NCBI GenBank assembly: GCA_963840035.1
Contig: CAWIXE010000002.1
Location: 384,001 to 448,000, forward strand
Reading direction: 5' to 3'
DNA: 64,000 nt
Origin: a candidate division FCPU426 bacterium
GTDB taxonomy: Bacteria; Oederibacteriota; PGYV01; Palsa-1178
Made by a program: the position numbers and the translations under genes. The notes under the pieces were generated by a model. That model did no database searches. It saw only the letters and a list, made by a program, of their open reading frames with translations, and had not been told where the DNA came from. Within the stretch, counting starts at the first letter, position 1, and each line of letters opens with the position of its first letter. This document shows, in pieces, positions 47,864 through 56,811 of this stretch.

Positions 47864-49153
47864 ATGGCATCAAAAAAGCATCAGAACATAGCGGCGCTTT
47901 TAAAAAAGCGTACTACGCCATATATCTATAATCTGATTAAGACCATTGGGACATACGCTGACGAGTATGATGTTTCCGCTTACCTGGTGGGCGGAATAAT
48001 CAGGGACCTCTTTCTTAAGAACAGGGATGTCGATATAGATATCACTGTGGAAGGCGACGGTATGGCTTTCGCAAAATACCTTGCGGACAACCTGGGAGCC
48101 GCGTATAAAGGGTTCGACCGCTTTAAAACCGGCAAGGTTTTCATGAAAGACGGCATGAGGATTGATGTTGCCAGCGCGAGGGCTGAACTTTACCCTGAGC
48201 CCGCATCACTTCCTGAAGTGGCTTTTTCTGACCTGAACAAGGACCTGTACCGCAGGGATTTTACCATCAACTCAATGGCGATGAAGATTAACGCGAAGGA
48301 TTTCGGTTCGTTTGTGGACCCGTTTGACGGTATTGGGGATTTGAAAAAGCGGGTATTACGCAGCCTTCACGATAAGAGTTTCATAGACGACCCGACCAGG
48401 ATAATAAGGGCTGTCAGGTTTGAGACCCGCTACGGCTACAGGATAGAAAAAACCACGATGGACCATTTAAAATATGCCTTAAAGCATGGCGCGTTTGACC
48501 CGGCGCCGGGGGAGAGGCTTCTGGACGAACTTATCATACTTCTTGAGGAAAGAGACCCGTTTAAGGCAATAAAGAGGCTCGACACCATAGGCGCTCTGGG
48601 TAAAATATGCAAAGGCATAAAAACAGGGCCGCAGACAAAGAAGATGTTCGGCAAGATGCATCCCATGAAAAAGTACGGGGCGGACATGCCGCTGCTGTAT
48701 TTCATGGCTTTGACGCGGGGCATGAAAGAACATGACCTTGCCGGAATGTATAAAAGATTGAAGCTTTCAAATGACTGGATAAAGCTCTTAAAACAGGCGC
48801 GCAAAGCTGAGGCGCTGCTCAAGCGCATGTCAAAAAAGAAGATGGCCTCAAGCGCCATATATTCTGCGCTGCACGGGTTGAACCCCGAAGCCACGCTATA
48901 CATGACGGCATTAACCGACGATAAAAATGTCCTGATAAACGTGAATCACTACATGGACGAGCTCATGCACACCACCATAGAGATCAACGGCAACGACCTG
49001 AAAATGCTGGGGCTCAAAGAGGGCCCGGTTTATACTGAGATATTAAAAAGCGTGATTATGGCTAAGCTGGACGGCAGGGTGAATGGGAAAAATCAGGAAA
49101 TTGAACTTGCGAAGAAATTGATCGTTAACTTTAAACTGAAAGCTGAAAACTGA
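47864..49153 (+). CDS. CCA-adding enzyme / poly(A) polymerase family nucleotidyltransferase
   Basis: YLVGGIIRD, DIDI, DLYRRDFTINSMA, SFIDDPTRIIRAVRF. Confidence 0.9.
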   Translation: MASKKHQNIAALLKKRTTPYIYNLIKTIGTYADEYDVSAYLVGGIIRDLFLKNRDVDIDITVEGDGMAFAKYLADNLGAAYKGFDRFKTGKVFMKDGMRIDVASARAELYPEPASLPEVAFSDLNKDLYRRDFTINSMAMKINAKDFGSFVDPFDGIGDLKKRVLRSLHDKSFIDDPTRIIRAVRFETRYGYRIEKTTMDHLKYALKHGAFDPAPGERLLDELIILLEERDPFKAIKRLDTIGALGKICKGIKTGPQTKKMFGKMHPMKKYGADMPLLYFMALTRGMKEHDLAGMYKRLKLSNDWIKLLKQARKAEALLKRMSKKKMASSAIYSALHGLNPEATLYMTALTDDKNVLINVNHYMDELMHTTIEINGNDLKMLGLKEGPVYTEILKSVIMAKLDGRVNGKNQEIELAKKLIVNFKLKAEN

Positions 49154-49180
49154 AAGTGGGATCACTTTGTTTGAAGGTTG

Positions 49181-49248
49181 GTAGCCGCAACCTTTAGGTT
49201 GCGAAAGGCAGGCATTGCTTCCTTACGCAGCCTGAAGGCTGCGGCTAC
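49181..49248. repeat. GTAG-REP doublet (family A)
   Basis: gtagccgcaacctttaggttgcg ... cgcagcctgaaggctgcggctac. Confidence 0.85.
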
Positions 49249-49279
49249 CAAATCATAGTCGGAATTTAATGGAGGGTTT

Positions 49280-49774
49280 ATGGAATTTTTCGAGGTTCTT
49301 AAGAACAGGCGCAGCGTTAGAAAATATAAGAAGGAAAAAATAGACAGGAAGACGCTGGAAGAAATCGCTGAAGCCGGCAAGTGGGCGGCAAGCGCCAGGG
49401 CTGAATATCCCTGGAGCTTTATAATTATTGATGACGCGCAAAGGCTGAAAGACCTTGCCGGAATAATAGGGAACAACGGCCGTTTCATAGCTGACGCGGC
49501 AGCCGCTATTGTGGTTGTATCAAAGGACGCAAAATACTATATAGAAGACGGCTCAGCCGCCACACAGAATATATTAAACGCCGCGCACGCGCTTGGCGTG
49601 GGGACTTGCTGGGTAGCCGGGGATAAAAAGGACTATGTGGCGGATGTCCTGAAGTTCGTAAACGCGCCTTCGGAATATAAGCTGATATGTACCATCTCGT
49701 GCGGCATTCCTGACGAAAAACCCGTTAAAAATAAGCCTAATAATGGGGATGTCATCAGGTGGGACAAGACTTAG
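49280..49774 (+). CDS. Nitroreductase family protein
   Basis: RRSVRKY, AATQNILNAAHALGVGTCWV. Confidence 0.9.
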   Translation: MEFFEVLKNRRSVRKYKKEKIDRKTLEEIAEAGKWAASARAEYPWSFIIIDDAQRLKDLAGIIGNNGRFIADAAAAIVVVSKDAKYYIEDGSAATQNILNAAHALGVGTCWVAGDKKDYVADVLKFVNAPSEYKLICTISCGIPDEKPVKNKPNNGDVIRWDKT

Positions 49775-49896
49775 ATTTCCTTAACCCCTATCCTTAATTC
49801 TTATCCTTAGCATTTGGAATTTGGTTAAGAGCTACAGGCTGAGGATAAGGGTAAGGTTTAGGGTTAAGAAAGACAGGATAAACAATATTAAAACGC

Positions 49897-49925
49897 TTGA
49901 CAAATCAGCCCGATTATTATATTCT
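49897..49925 (+). promoter_or_regulatory. sigma70-type promoter of rplM-rpsI
   Basis: TTGACA-N17-TATTCT. Confidence 0.6.
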
Positions 49926-49992
49926 TCTATATCCTTTTGTCTGTAAAAGGCAGAAGGAATTTTGTATTTTTAATAGGAGGAATTTCAGCATT

Positions 49993-50418
49993 ATGAAGAC
50001 ATTTATGGAAAGACCGCAGGATGTAAAAAGGAAATGGTATATCGTAGACGCAAAGGACCAGGTTTTAGGCAGGCTGGCGACAAAAGTTGCCGACACATTA
50101 AGGGGCAAAAAGAAAGCCACGTTTACCCCGAGTGTTGATGGCGGTGATTTTGTTATAGTGATCAACGCAAGCAAGATCAGGCTTACCGGCAAGAAGGAAG
50201 ATAAGAAGCTTTACCAGTCGCACAGTTTATATCCGGGAGGGTTCAAGGAAGAGAAGTTCAAACATGTCCTTGAGACAAATCCTGAAAAGATCATAAAACT
50301 GGCTGTAAAAGGTATGATCCCGAAAACAAGGCTGGGAGACAAGGTCTTAACAAAACTCAGAATTTATAAGGGCGCGACGCATCCGCACACGGAAGTCAAG
50401 CCCGTAAATTTGATTTAA
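49993..50418 (+). CDS. rplM: 50S ribosomal protein L13
   Basis: KWYIVDA, LGRLAT, LRGKKK, DGGDFVIVINA, AVKGMIPK. Confidence 0.97.
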   Translation: MKTFMERPQDVKRKWYIVDAKDQVLGRLATKVADTLRGKKKATFTPSVDGGDFVIVINASKIRLTGKKEDKKLYQSHSLYPGGFKEEKFKHVLETNPEKIIKLAVKGMIPKTRLGDKVLTKLRIYKGATHPHTEVKPVNLI

Positions 50419-50439
50419 ACTTTTAAGGAGGATTTTAAA

Positions 50440-50826
50440 TTGAGCAAAAAATACGGCACAGGCAGAAGGAAGAATGCTGTTGCCAGGGTATGGGTTGCAC
50501 CCGGATCCGGCAAAATCACGATCAATGATACCGACATAAAGGTCTATTTTCCGAGGGGAACTCACAGGGACCACCTGATAGCCCCGATGGAAGCGGTCGG
50601 CGTAGCTACCAAATATGATGTTATCGTAACGGCAAAGGGCGGCGGAAAGACAGGCCAGTCCGGAGCCATCAGGATGGGCATAGCAAGGGGTCTCGCGCAG
50701 GTTGATGAAGCTATGAAAGTAACGCTCGCAAAAGGCGGATTCTTAACCAGGGATTCAAGAATGGTAGAAAGAAAGAAATACGGAAAGATGAAAGCCAGGA
50801 GAAGCTACCAGTTCTCAAAAAGATAA
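50440..50826 (+). CDS. rpsI: 30S ribosomal protein S9
   Basis: GTGRRKNAVARV, LTRDSRMVERKKYG, QFSKR. Confidence 0.97.
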   Translation: MSKKYGTGRRKNAVARVWVAPGSGKITINDTDIKVYFPRGTHRDHLIAPMEAVGVATKYDVIVTAKGGGKTGQSGAIRMGIARGLAQVDEAMKVTLAKGGFLTRDSRMVERKKYGKMKARRSYQFSKR

Positions 50827-50865
50827 TAATTCAGTTCGGAGTTCGGAGTTCGAAGTGAAGGACAT

Positions 50866-50898
50866 AAAAAAAGGCCGGAAGAAATTCCGGCCTTTTTG
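50866..50898 (+). terminator. Rho-independent terminator
   Basis: aaaaaggccggaa-gaaa-ttccggccttttt. Confidence 0.75.
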
Positions 50899-50919
50899 TT
50901 TTATGCACCCCTGGTTTTC

Positions 50920-50980
50920 GGGCGGATATAATCCGCCCGCTACAAGCGCGGTTTTGTAGCGGCCGCATATCATGCGGCCG
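50920..50980. repeat. GTAG-REP doublet (family E)
   Basis: gggcggatataatccgcccgctac ... gtagcggccgcatatcatgcggccg. Confidence 0.7.
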
Positions 50981-51058
50981 TTTCCGGCGGTGAAATAAGG
51001 ATTGATATAACGCCTGATTTTATTATAATTATACGGTAAACAAAAACCGGAGGATACA

Positions 51059-54000
51059 ATGCCGAAAAAAAAGAAACTGCCATATTTAAATACAAACCTT
51101 ACCTTTGATGAGCGCATAGATGACCTGGTATCCCGCATGACGCCTGAGGAGAAACTGTCCCAGCTTCTTCATTCATCCCCGGAGATAAAAAGGCTCGGTA
51201 TCCCGAAGTACAACTGGTGGAACGAGGCGCTTCACGGAGTGGCAAGGGCCGGGATAGCCACTGTTTTCCCGCAGGCCATCGGGCTTGCGGCCACTTTTAA
51301 TGACGAACTCATTTTTAATGCCGCGACCGCCATATCGGATGAAGCTCGCGCCAAGCACCACAATGCCGTGAGGAAAGGCTTCAGGGAGATGTTTTACGGG
51401 CTTAATTTCTGGTCGCCTAATATAAATATATTCCGCGACCCGCGCTGGGGCAGGGGCCAGGAAACTTACGGTGAGGACCCGTATCTTACATCCCGGATGG
51501 GATGCGCTTTTGTGAAGGGCATGCAGGGAAATGACCCAAAATATTTAAAGACCGCCGCGTGCGCGAAACATTTTGCAGTTCACAGCGGCCCCGAGGGCAT
51601 ACGTCATACCTTTGACGCCAAAGTTTCTGAAAAAGATTTACACGAGACCTATTTACCCGCCTTTAAGGCGCTTGTTAAAGAGGCGAAAGTTGAGACTGTA
51701 ATGGGCGCGTACAACAGGACCCTTGGCGAGCCGTGCTGCGCATCAAAAAAACTGCTTGTAGACATACTCCGCAATGAGTGGGGGTTTAAAGGGCATGTAG
51801 TTTCCGATTGCGGCGCCATACATGACATATATAAGAACCATCTTTACACAAAGACCGCGGCTGAAGCCGCCGCGCTTTCCGTAAAACTGGGATGCGATAT
51901 GAACTGCTGCCTGTTCGGCGAGATGTGTTCGGAATCCGGCAAGGGCCTTGAAAAAGCGCACCAGTACGGGCTGCTTGAGGAAAAATATGTGGACATATCA
52001 TTGAAACGCGTGTTAATGACCAGGTTTAAGCTTGGTATGTTTGACTCCGGTGTTAAATACTCTGAGATCCCATTTTCCGCGGTTGATTCCCCTAAAAACA
52101 GGAAACTTGCCCTTGAAACTGCAAGGCAGTCGCTTGTGCTTTTAAAGAATGACGGGATACTTCCCCTTAAAAATGTAAAGTCACTGGCCGTAATAGGGCC
52201 TAACGCGGATGACATAGAAGCGCTGCTGGGCAATTACTGTGGGTTTCCGTCAGAATGGGTTACACCGCTTGCAGGTATTAAAAAAGCAGCCGGTAAAAAA
52301 GTTAAGGTGCGCTTCTTAAAAGCATGCGCCATTAACGACAATTACTCTGACCAGGATGTAGCCATAGCGGAAATGGCGGGATTAAGCGACGCGGTCATAA
52401 TGGTGCTCGGCATGAATTCTACAATTGAAGGCGAGGAAGGCGCGGGCGGAGGCGACGGCGACAGAAAAAGCCTGGACCTGCCAAAAGCGCAGCAGCAGAT
52501 ACTGAAAGCCGCATGCGCGGCGGGAAAACCGGTCATAGTTATAATAATGACCGGAAGCGCTGTTAATATAGACAAGGACAATAAGAATATAAGAGCCATA
52601 ATCCAGGCATGGTATCCGGGCGAAGAGGGCGGGACCGCCATAGGCGAAGCTCTATTCGGCAAATACAACCCTGCAGGCAGGCTGCCCGTTACTTTTTATA
52701 AGTCTGTTGACGACCTTCCTGATTTTAAGGATTATGCCATGCAGAGCAGGACGTACAGGTATTTTAAAGGCGTACCGTTATACCCGTTTGGGTACGGGCT
52801 TTCATATACAAAATTTAAATATTCAAATCTGAAGATGCCAAAGGCCATTCACGAGGGCGATTCCATATCTTTAAGCGTGGAAGTAAAAAACGCTGGAAAA
52901 ATGGACGGGGACGAGGTGGTACAGGTTTATCTTAAGTACCCTTCAACAGTCGCGGAGGCGCCGCTTAAGACGCTGTGCGGCATAAAAAGAGTGCGCATTA
53001 AAAGGGGAAAAACAGCGGTTGTTGATTTTACAATCACACGCGAACAGATGCTTGTTTATAATAACGACGGAAGGCAGTTTATAGAGCCGGGTGTCCATGA
53101 GGTGTGTATAGGCGGCATCCAGCCGGGATTCGAGAAAATGGCGGCCACTACAGGCGCTATTAAAGGCGTATTCAGCATAAAAGAGGCAGTGCAGGTTGTG
53201 AAACCTGTGAAGATAAGAATGGATGATTACAAAGGGTTCCGGGTTAAGGGCAGGTTCATATATGACGGTAACGGCGAGAAGTTCATCATACGCGGGGTAA
53301 ACAAGATGGTGGTGTGGCTTGACCCAGACGGCGAGCCTTCTTTTACCGAGATAGCTAAAACAGGCGCCAATGCCGTGCGCATAGTGTGGACCATAAAAGA
53401 CGCTTCAATGGAAGGGCTTGAGCTGGCCATTTCCAACTGCGTAAAGCATTCCATGGTGCCAATTATAGAACTTCATGACCACACCGGAAACTGGGACGAC
53501 GTAGTTTTCAGGCAGTTTAACAATTACTGGACAAACCCGAAAATGGTTTCAATCATAAAGAAATATGAAAAATATGTGATAGTGAATTATGGCAATGAAA
53601 TAGGTAATGATAAAGTGACACAAAGCCAGTATAAGTCCCGGTACACAGACGCGATTTTGAAAATGAGGGCTGCCGGAATACGCGTGCCAATCATGATTGA
53701 CCCGGCATGCTGGGGCACGTCCATGGATTATTTCTATGAGAACCATGAATTTATAACTTCAAAGGACCCGCTGAAAAACGTGATATATTCCATACATATG
53801 TGGTGGAATGACGGCAAAGCGCAGAGGGTAAAAGACGCCATAAGAACCGCCGCTGAAAAGGAAATCCCGCTTGTAGTAGGCGAGTTTGCCGTAGCCGGCC
53901 CGGAGAACAAAGGGCTTATCTGCTACGAGACCATTATTGCCGAGTGCCATAAGGCAGGGACAGGCTGGCTCGCGTGGGAATGGGGCCCGGGAAACCTGCA

Positions 54001-54124
54001 CGGAAACCTGATGGACATGACAAAGGATTCAAAGTTCGATACCCTGTGGGGATGGGCAAAGGAAGTATGCCTGGACAGCCCGTACAGCATTAAGAAGACG
54101 GCGGTAAGGCCGGATATCTTTTAA
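51059..54124 (+). CDS. Fusion of GH3 beta-xylosidase/glucosidase (with Fn3-like domain) and a C-terminal GH5 (mannanase-like) catalytic domain
   Basis: GH3: WWNEALHG, RDPRWGRGQETYGEDP, KHFA, VVSDC, PFGYGLSYT; GH5: GFRVKG..YDGNG.KFIIRGVN, ELHD.TG, NYGNE, SIHMW, VVGEF, WLAWEW. Confidence 0.88.
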   Translation: MPKKKKLPYLNTNLTFDERIDDLVSRMTPEEKLSQLLHSSPEIKRLGIPKYNWWNEALHGVARAGIATVFPQAIGLAATFNDELIFNAATAISDEARAKHHNAVRKGFREMFYGLNFWSPNINIFRDPRWGRGQETYGEDPYLTSRMGCAFVKGMQGNDPKYLKTAACAKHFAVHSGPEGIRHTFDAKVSEKDLHETYLPAFKALVKEAKVETVMGAYNRTLGEPCCASKKLLVDILRNEWGFKGHVVSDCGAIHDIYKNHLYTKTAAEAAALSVKLGCDMNCCLFGEMCSESGKGLEKAHQYGLLEEKYVDISLKRVLMTRFKLGMFDSGVKYSEIPFSAVDSPKNRKLALETARQSLVLLKNDGILPLKNVKSLAVIGPNADDIEALLGNYCGFPSEWVTPLAGIKKAAGKKVKVRFLKACAINDNYSDQDVAIAEMAGLSDAVIMVLGMNSTIEGEEGAGGGDGDRKSLDLPKAQQQILKAACAAGKPVIVIIMTGSAVNIDKDNKNIRAIIQAWYPGEEGGTAIGEALFGKYNPAGRLPVTFYKSVDDLPDFKDYAMQSRTYRYFKGVPLYPFGYGLSYTKFKYSNLKMPKAIHEGDSISLSVEVKNAGKMDGDEVVQVYLKYPSTVAEAPLKTLCGIKRVRIKRGKTAVVDFTITREQMLVYNNDGRQFIEPGVHEVCIGGIQPGFEKMAATTGAIKGVFSIKEAVQVVKPVKIRMDDYKGFRVKGRFIYDGNGEKFIIRGVNKMVVWLDPDGEPSFTEIAKTGANAVRIVWTIKDASMEGLELAISNCVKHSMVPIIELHDHTGNWDDVVFRQFNNYWTNPKMVSIIKKYEKYVIVNYGNEIGNDKVTQSQYKSRYTDAILKMRAAGIRVPIMIDPACWGTSMDYFYENHEFITSKDPLKNVIYSIHMWWNDGKAQRVKDAIRTAAEKEIPLVVGEFAVAGPENKGLICYETIIAECHKAGTGWLAWEWGPGNLHGNLMDMTKDSKFDTLWGWAKEVCLDSPYSIKKTAVRPDIF

Positions 54125-54185
54125 GGAAAATTACTAATTACTAATGACTAATTACTAATAAATGCAATGAAGAACGAGGCGATAA

Positions 54186-54503
54186 ATGGCTGGAAAGAAA
54201 AAAGACTGGAATGTTTATATTGTGCGTTGTGCGGATAAGAGCTTATACACAGGAATATCCAACGATGTAAAAGCCCGCGTAAAAAAACATAATAGCGGCA
54301 AAGGCGCAAAATATATCATACCTGCCCGCAGGCCGGTAAAGCTTTTATATGTTGAGGAAGGATTTACTATGGGCGCGGCGTTAAAAAGGGAACTGGCTAT
54401 AAAGAAGCTGGGTAAAGCCGCGAAAGAAGCGTTGGTAAAAAAAAGAGCAAGAAGGATAAAGGCTAAACGCCGCACGTTGAAAGTTGTTAAAGCAGACTAT
54501 TGA
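54186..54503 (+). CDS. GIY-YIG nuclease family protein (UPF0213)
   Basis: VYIVRCADKSLYTGI, HNSGKGAKY, ALKRE..IK. Confidence 0.88.
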   Translation: MAGKKKDWNVYIVRCADKSLYTGISNDVKARVKKHNSGKGAKYIIPARRPVKLLYVEEGFTMGAALKRELAIKKLGKAAKEALVKKRARRIKAKRRTLKVVKADY

Positions 54504-54553
54504 GATCATTGAGACCTCTGAGATTATTGAGACTGATCTAAAAGGCGGTACCT

Positions 54554-54916
54554 ATGACAGACGAAATCTTCGAAAAAAAGAAACGCGACTTTGAGTGCCT
54601 TAAATGCGGCGATTGCTGCGCTGTGCCCGGGGAGGTGTTTTTAACCCTGAAAGAGGGCGAAAAGATGGCGAAGCTCCTGAAAATGGGTTTTGAGGAATTT
54701 AAGGAAAAACACATGAAAAAAGTGTGGCAGCAGCACATGCTGAAAATGCCATATAAGGGCGGCTGCACCTTCTGGGTGGACAAGAACTGTTCTGTTTATG
54801 AAGCGCGTCCCGAACAGTGCAGGACATTCCCGTACTGGCCGGAGCTGGTTAAAAATCATGAAGACTGGAAAAGTATAGAATCGTATTGCGCGGGCGCGAA
54901 GAAAATAGCAAAATAA
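54554..54916 (+). CDS. YkgJ family cysteine-cluster protein
   Basis: FECLKCGDCC, C.F, CSVYEARPEQCRTFPYW. Confidence 0.88.
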   Translation: MTDEIFEKKKRDFECLKCGDCCAVPGEVFLTLKEGEKMAKLLKMGFEEFKEKHMKKVWQQHMLKMPYKGGCTFWVDKNCSVYEARPEQCRTFPYWPELVKNHEDWKSIESYCAGAKKIAK

Positions 54917-54976
54917 GACGGACCCATACCATACCTTGCTGGAATTGGTCGTTTTTTTCTATGGCTATTTGGTCTC

Positions 54977-55001
54977 GTAGGGGCGAGCCGGTGGCTCGCC
55001 C
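54977..55001 (+). repeat. Single GTAG-REP (family C)
   Basis: gtaggggcgagccggtggctcgccc, identical to 46519-46543. Confidence 0.8.
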
Positions 55002-55049
55002 GGTATTTGAGATCCGGGATGTACTGATACAATAAAAAAGGAGTTTTGC

Positions 55050-55460
55050 ATGGCATTTATGAAAAAGTCACTTATACTATTGCTGGTTGTTTCAGCTATT
55101 ATTGCCGCGTTTTATGGCATGCAGGCGCTTGGTAAGCGCACGGGCAAGGCTTATGTGCTGGCAAACGAGCTTAAGGCGCAGGGGCTGGCTTTTGACAGGA
55201 TGAACGTCGCGCGGTCAACTAATATGTATGAGGAAATCAGCATAAGCGGACAGGATCTTCTGGTAAAGATAAGCCATTATGGAAATGGCTTGTTTTTGAA
55301 GCAGATAAAGCATAACTTAAGGCACGATAAGGAAGAAACAAATTCCAAAGAACCAATTTATGTCGGAGGCGCTTATATTATAGTGGTTTACCTGGAACCG
55401 TCTAAAGGTTATGTGAGGTCGTTTCTGGAGAAGTATTTTCCGGGGTTGGAAGAGTACTAA
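55050..55460 (+). CDS. Hypothetical exported or membrane-anchored protein
   Basis: N-terminal hydrophobic segment, RBS AGGAG. Confidence 0.6.
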   Translation: MAFMKKSLILLLVVSAIIAAFYGMQALGKRTGKAYVLANELKAQGLAFDRMNVARSTNMYEEISISGQDLLVKISHYGNGLFLKQIKHNLRHDKEETNSKEPIYVGGAYIIVVYLEPSKGYVRSFLEKYFPGLEEY

Positions 55461-55470
55461 GATCAGTGGG

Positions 55471-55908
55471 TTGTGGGTAGTTGGTGGTGGGTGGAGGAAA
55501 GACGAGACAAGAGACTGGAGACAGGAAACATTGGATATTATTGAAGCGGCTAAAAAAGGGGATGTGAACGCGCTGAAAGAGTGCGTTAAAAACAAGGTTA
55601 ACATCAACGCGGGGGACCGCGATAATGTTACACCTATAGTCTGGGCCGCGTATCACAATCAGCTGGCGGCGGTAGAGTACCTGATATCTGTTAAGGCCGA
55701 CCTTAATTCCAGGGGTAAGGATGGAATTACGGCAATTATGCGCGCGGTTGAAAAGAACAATGTGGACATGGTAAAAGCCATTATTTCAGCCGGGGCGAAT
55801 GTGAATATCGTAGATACTTACAAATGCACGGCGTTATCGAGAGCGGTTAAAGAAACCAGGAATCCGGTTATCACGGACCTGTTAAAGAAGGCAGGTGCAA
55901 AAGTTTAA
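55471..55908 (+). CDS. Ankyrin repeat protein (true start uncertain, perhaps TTG 55531)
   Basis: TPIVWAA, TAIMRAV, GANVN, TALSRAV; the first ~20 codons are translated 7-mer repeats. Confidence 0.8.
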   Translation: MWVVGGGWRKDETRDWRQETLDIIEAAKKGDVNALKECVKNKVNINAGDRDNVTPIVWAAYHNQLAAVEYLISVKADLNSRGKDGITAIMRAVEKNNVDMVKAIISAGANVNIVDTYKCTALSRAVKETRNPVITDLLKKAGAKV

Positions 55909-55935
55909 TTGACGATTGTCAATTGGTCAGATATT

Positions 55936-55996
55936 GTAGGGGCAATTCACGAATTGCCCAACGCGGTAAGGCGGGCGATTCATGAATCGCCCCTAC
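55936..55996. repeat. GTAG-REP doublet (family D)
   Basis: gtaggggcaattcacgaattgccc ... gggcgattcatgaatcgcccctac. Confidence 0.85.
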
Positions 55997-56115
55997 AAAA
56001 CCAAAGGGATAAACGCCTTCCAATCGTCAATAGTCAATCATTTTTAAATGCCCTTTATATTTCACCAATTTTGTGATATAATGGTGTTGTAACACTTATA
56101 TAACAGGAGTAAACA

Positions 56116-56811
56116 TTGAAGAAAAGGACCATTTTAATAGATGAAATAGAGGAAAAAGAACACTCTCACAAGCCTGTTTCCGACCGTAATAAGGGGCGTT
56201 TGATTGTGTTTGAGGGGCCTGAAGGCTCCGGCAAGTCGACCCAGCTTGAGCGTATTTACAAGTATATGAAGGCCAAAAAGGCCAAAACCATATTGCTTCG
56301 CGAACCCGGCGGGACTGTCATTTCCGAGAAGATCAGGTCAATTATTCTTGATAAGGCCCATAAGAACATATCGGATAAGACGGAACTGCTCCTTTACATC
56401 GCCAGCAGGGCGCAGATAGTGGAAGAAAAATTAAAACCACTGCTTGATCAGGGCTACACAATCCTGCTCGACCGTTTTTATCTTGCTACCATAGTTTATC
56501 AGGGCTATGCCCGAGGCATAGACCGCAAGTGGATTGACGAGTTAAACACCTACTCGCTGGCAGGGCTTAAGGAAGACCTTACTATAATTTACGACGTCAC
56601 GCTTGAAGAAGCCGGGCGCAGGATGAAAAAACGCGTCAAGCGCGACAGGCTTGACGAAGAGGCCGCGGATTTTCACAGGAAAGTGCGCGACGGGTATTTA
56701 AAAGAAGCAAAAAAATCAGGGACATGCCTGGTTATTTCAACGGACAACAAGGGCGAGGAAGCGGTTTATAAAGAGACCATTTTCAACCTGGAGAGGAAAG
56801 GCCTGGTATAA
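56116..56811 (+). CDS. tmk: Thymidylate kinase
   Basis: FEGPEGSGKSTQ, REPGGT, ASRAQ, DRF, YQGYARG. Confidence 0.95.
   Translation: MKKRTILIDEIEEKEHSHKPVSDRNKGRLIVFEGPEGSGKSTQLERIYKYMKAKKAKTILLREPGGTVISEKIRSIILDKAHKNISDKTELLLYIASRAQIVEEKLKPLLDQGYTILLDRFYLATIVYQGYARGIDRKWIDELNTYSLAGLKEDLTIIYDVTLEEAGRRMKKRVKRDRLDEEAADFHRKVRDGYLKEAKKSGTCLVISTDNKGEEAVYKETIFNLERKGLV

Noticed and set aside
54186..54503. GIY-YIG gene as a homing endonuclease or mobile cassette
   Set aside because: It is the short stand-alone UPF0213 type; flanking tracts (7-mer left, 9-mer right) are not complementary and there is no intron context.
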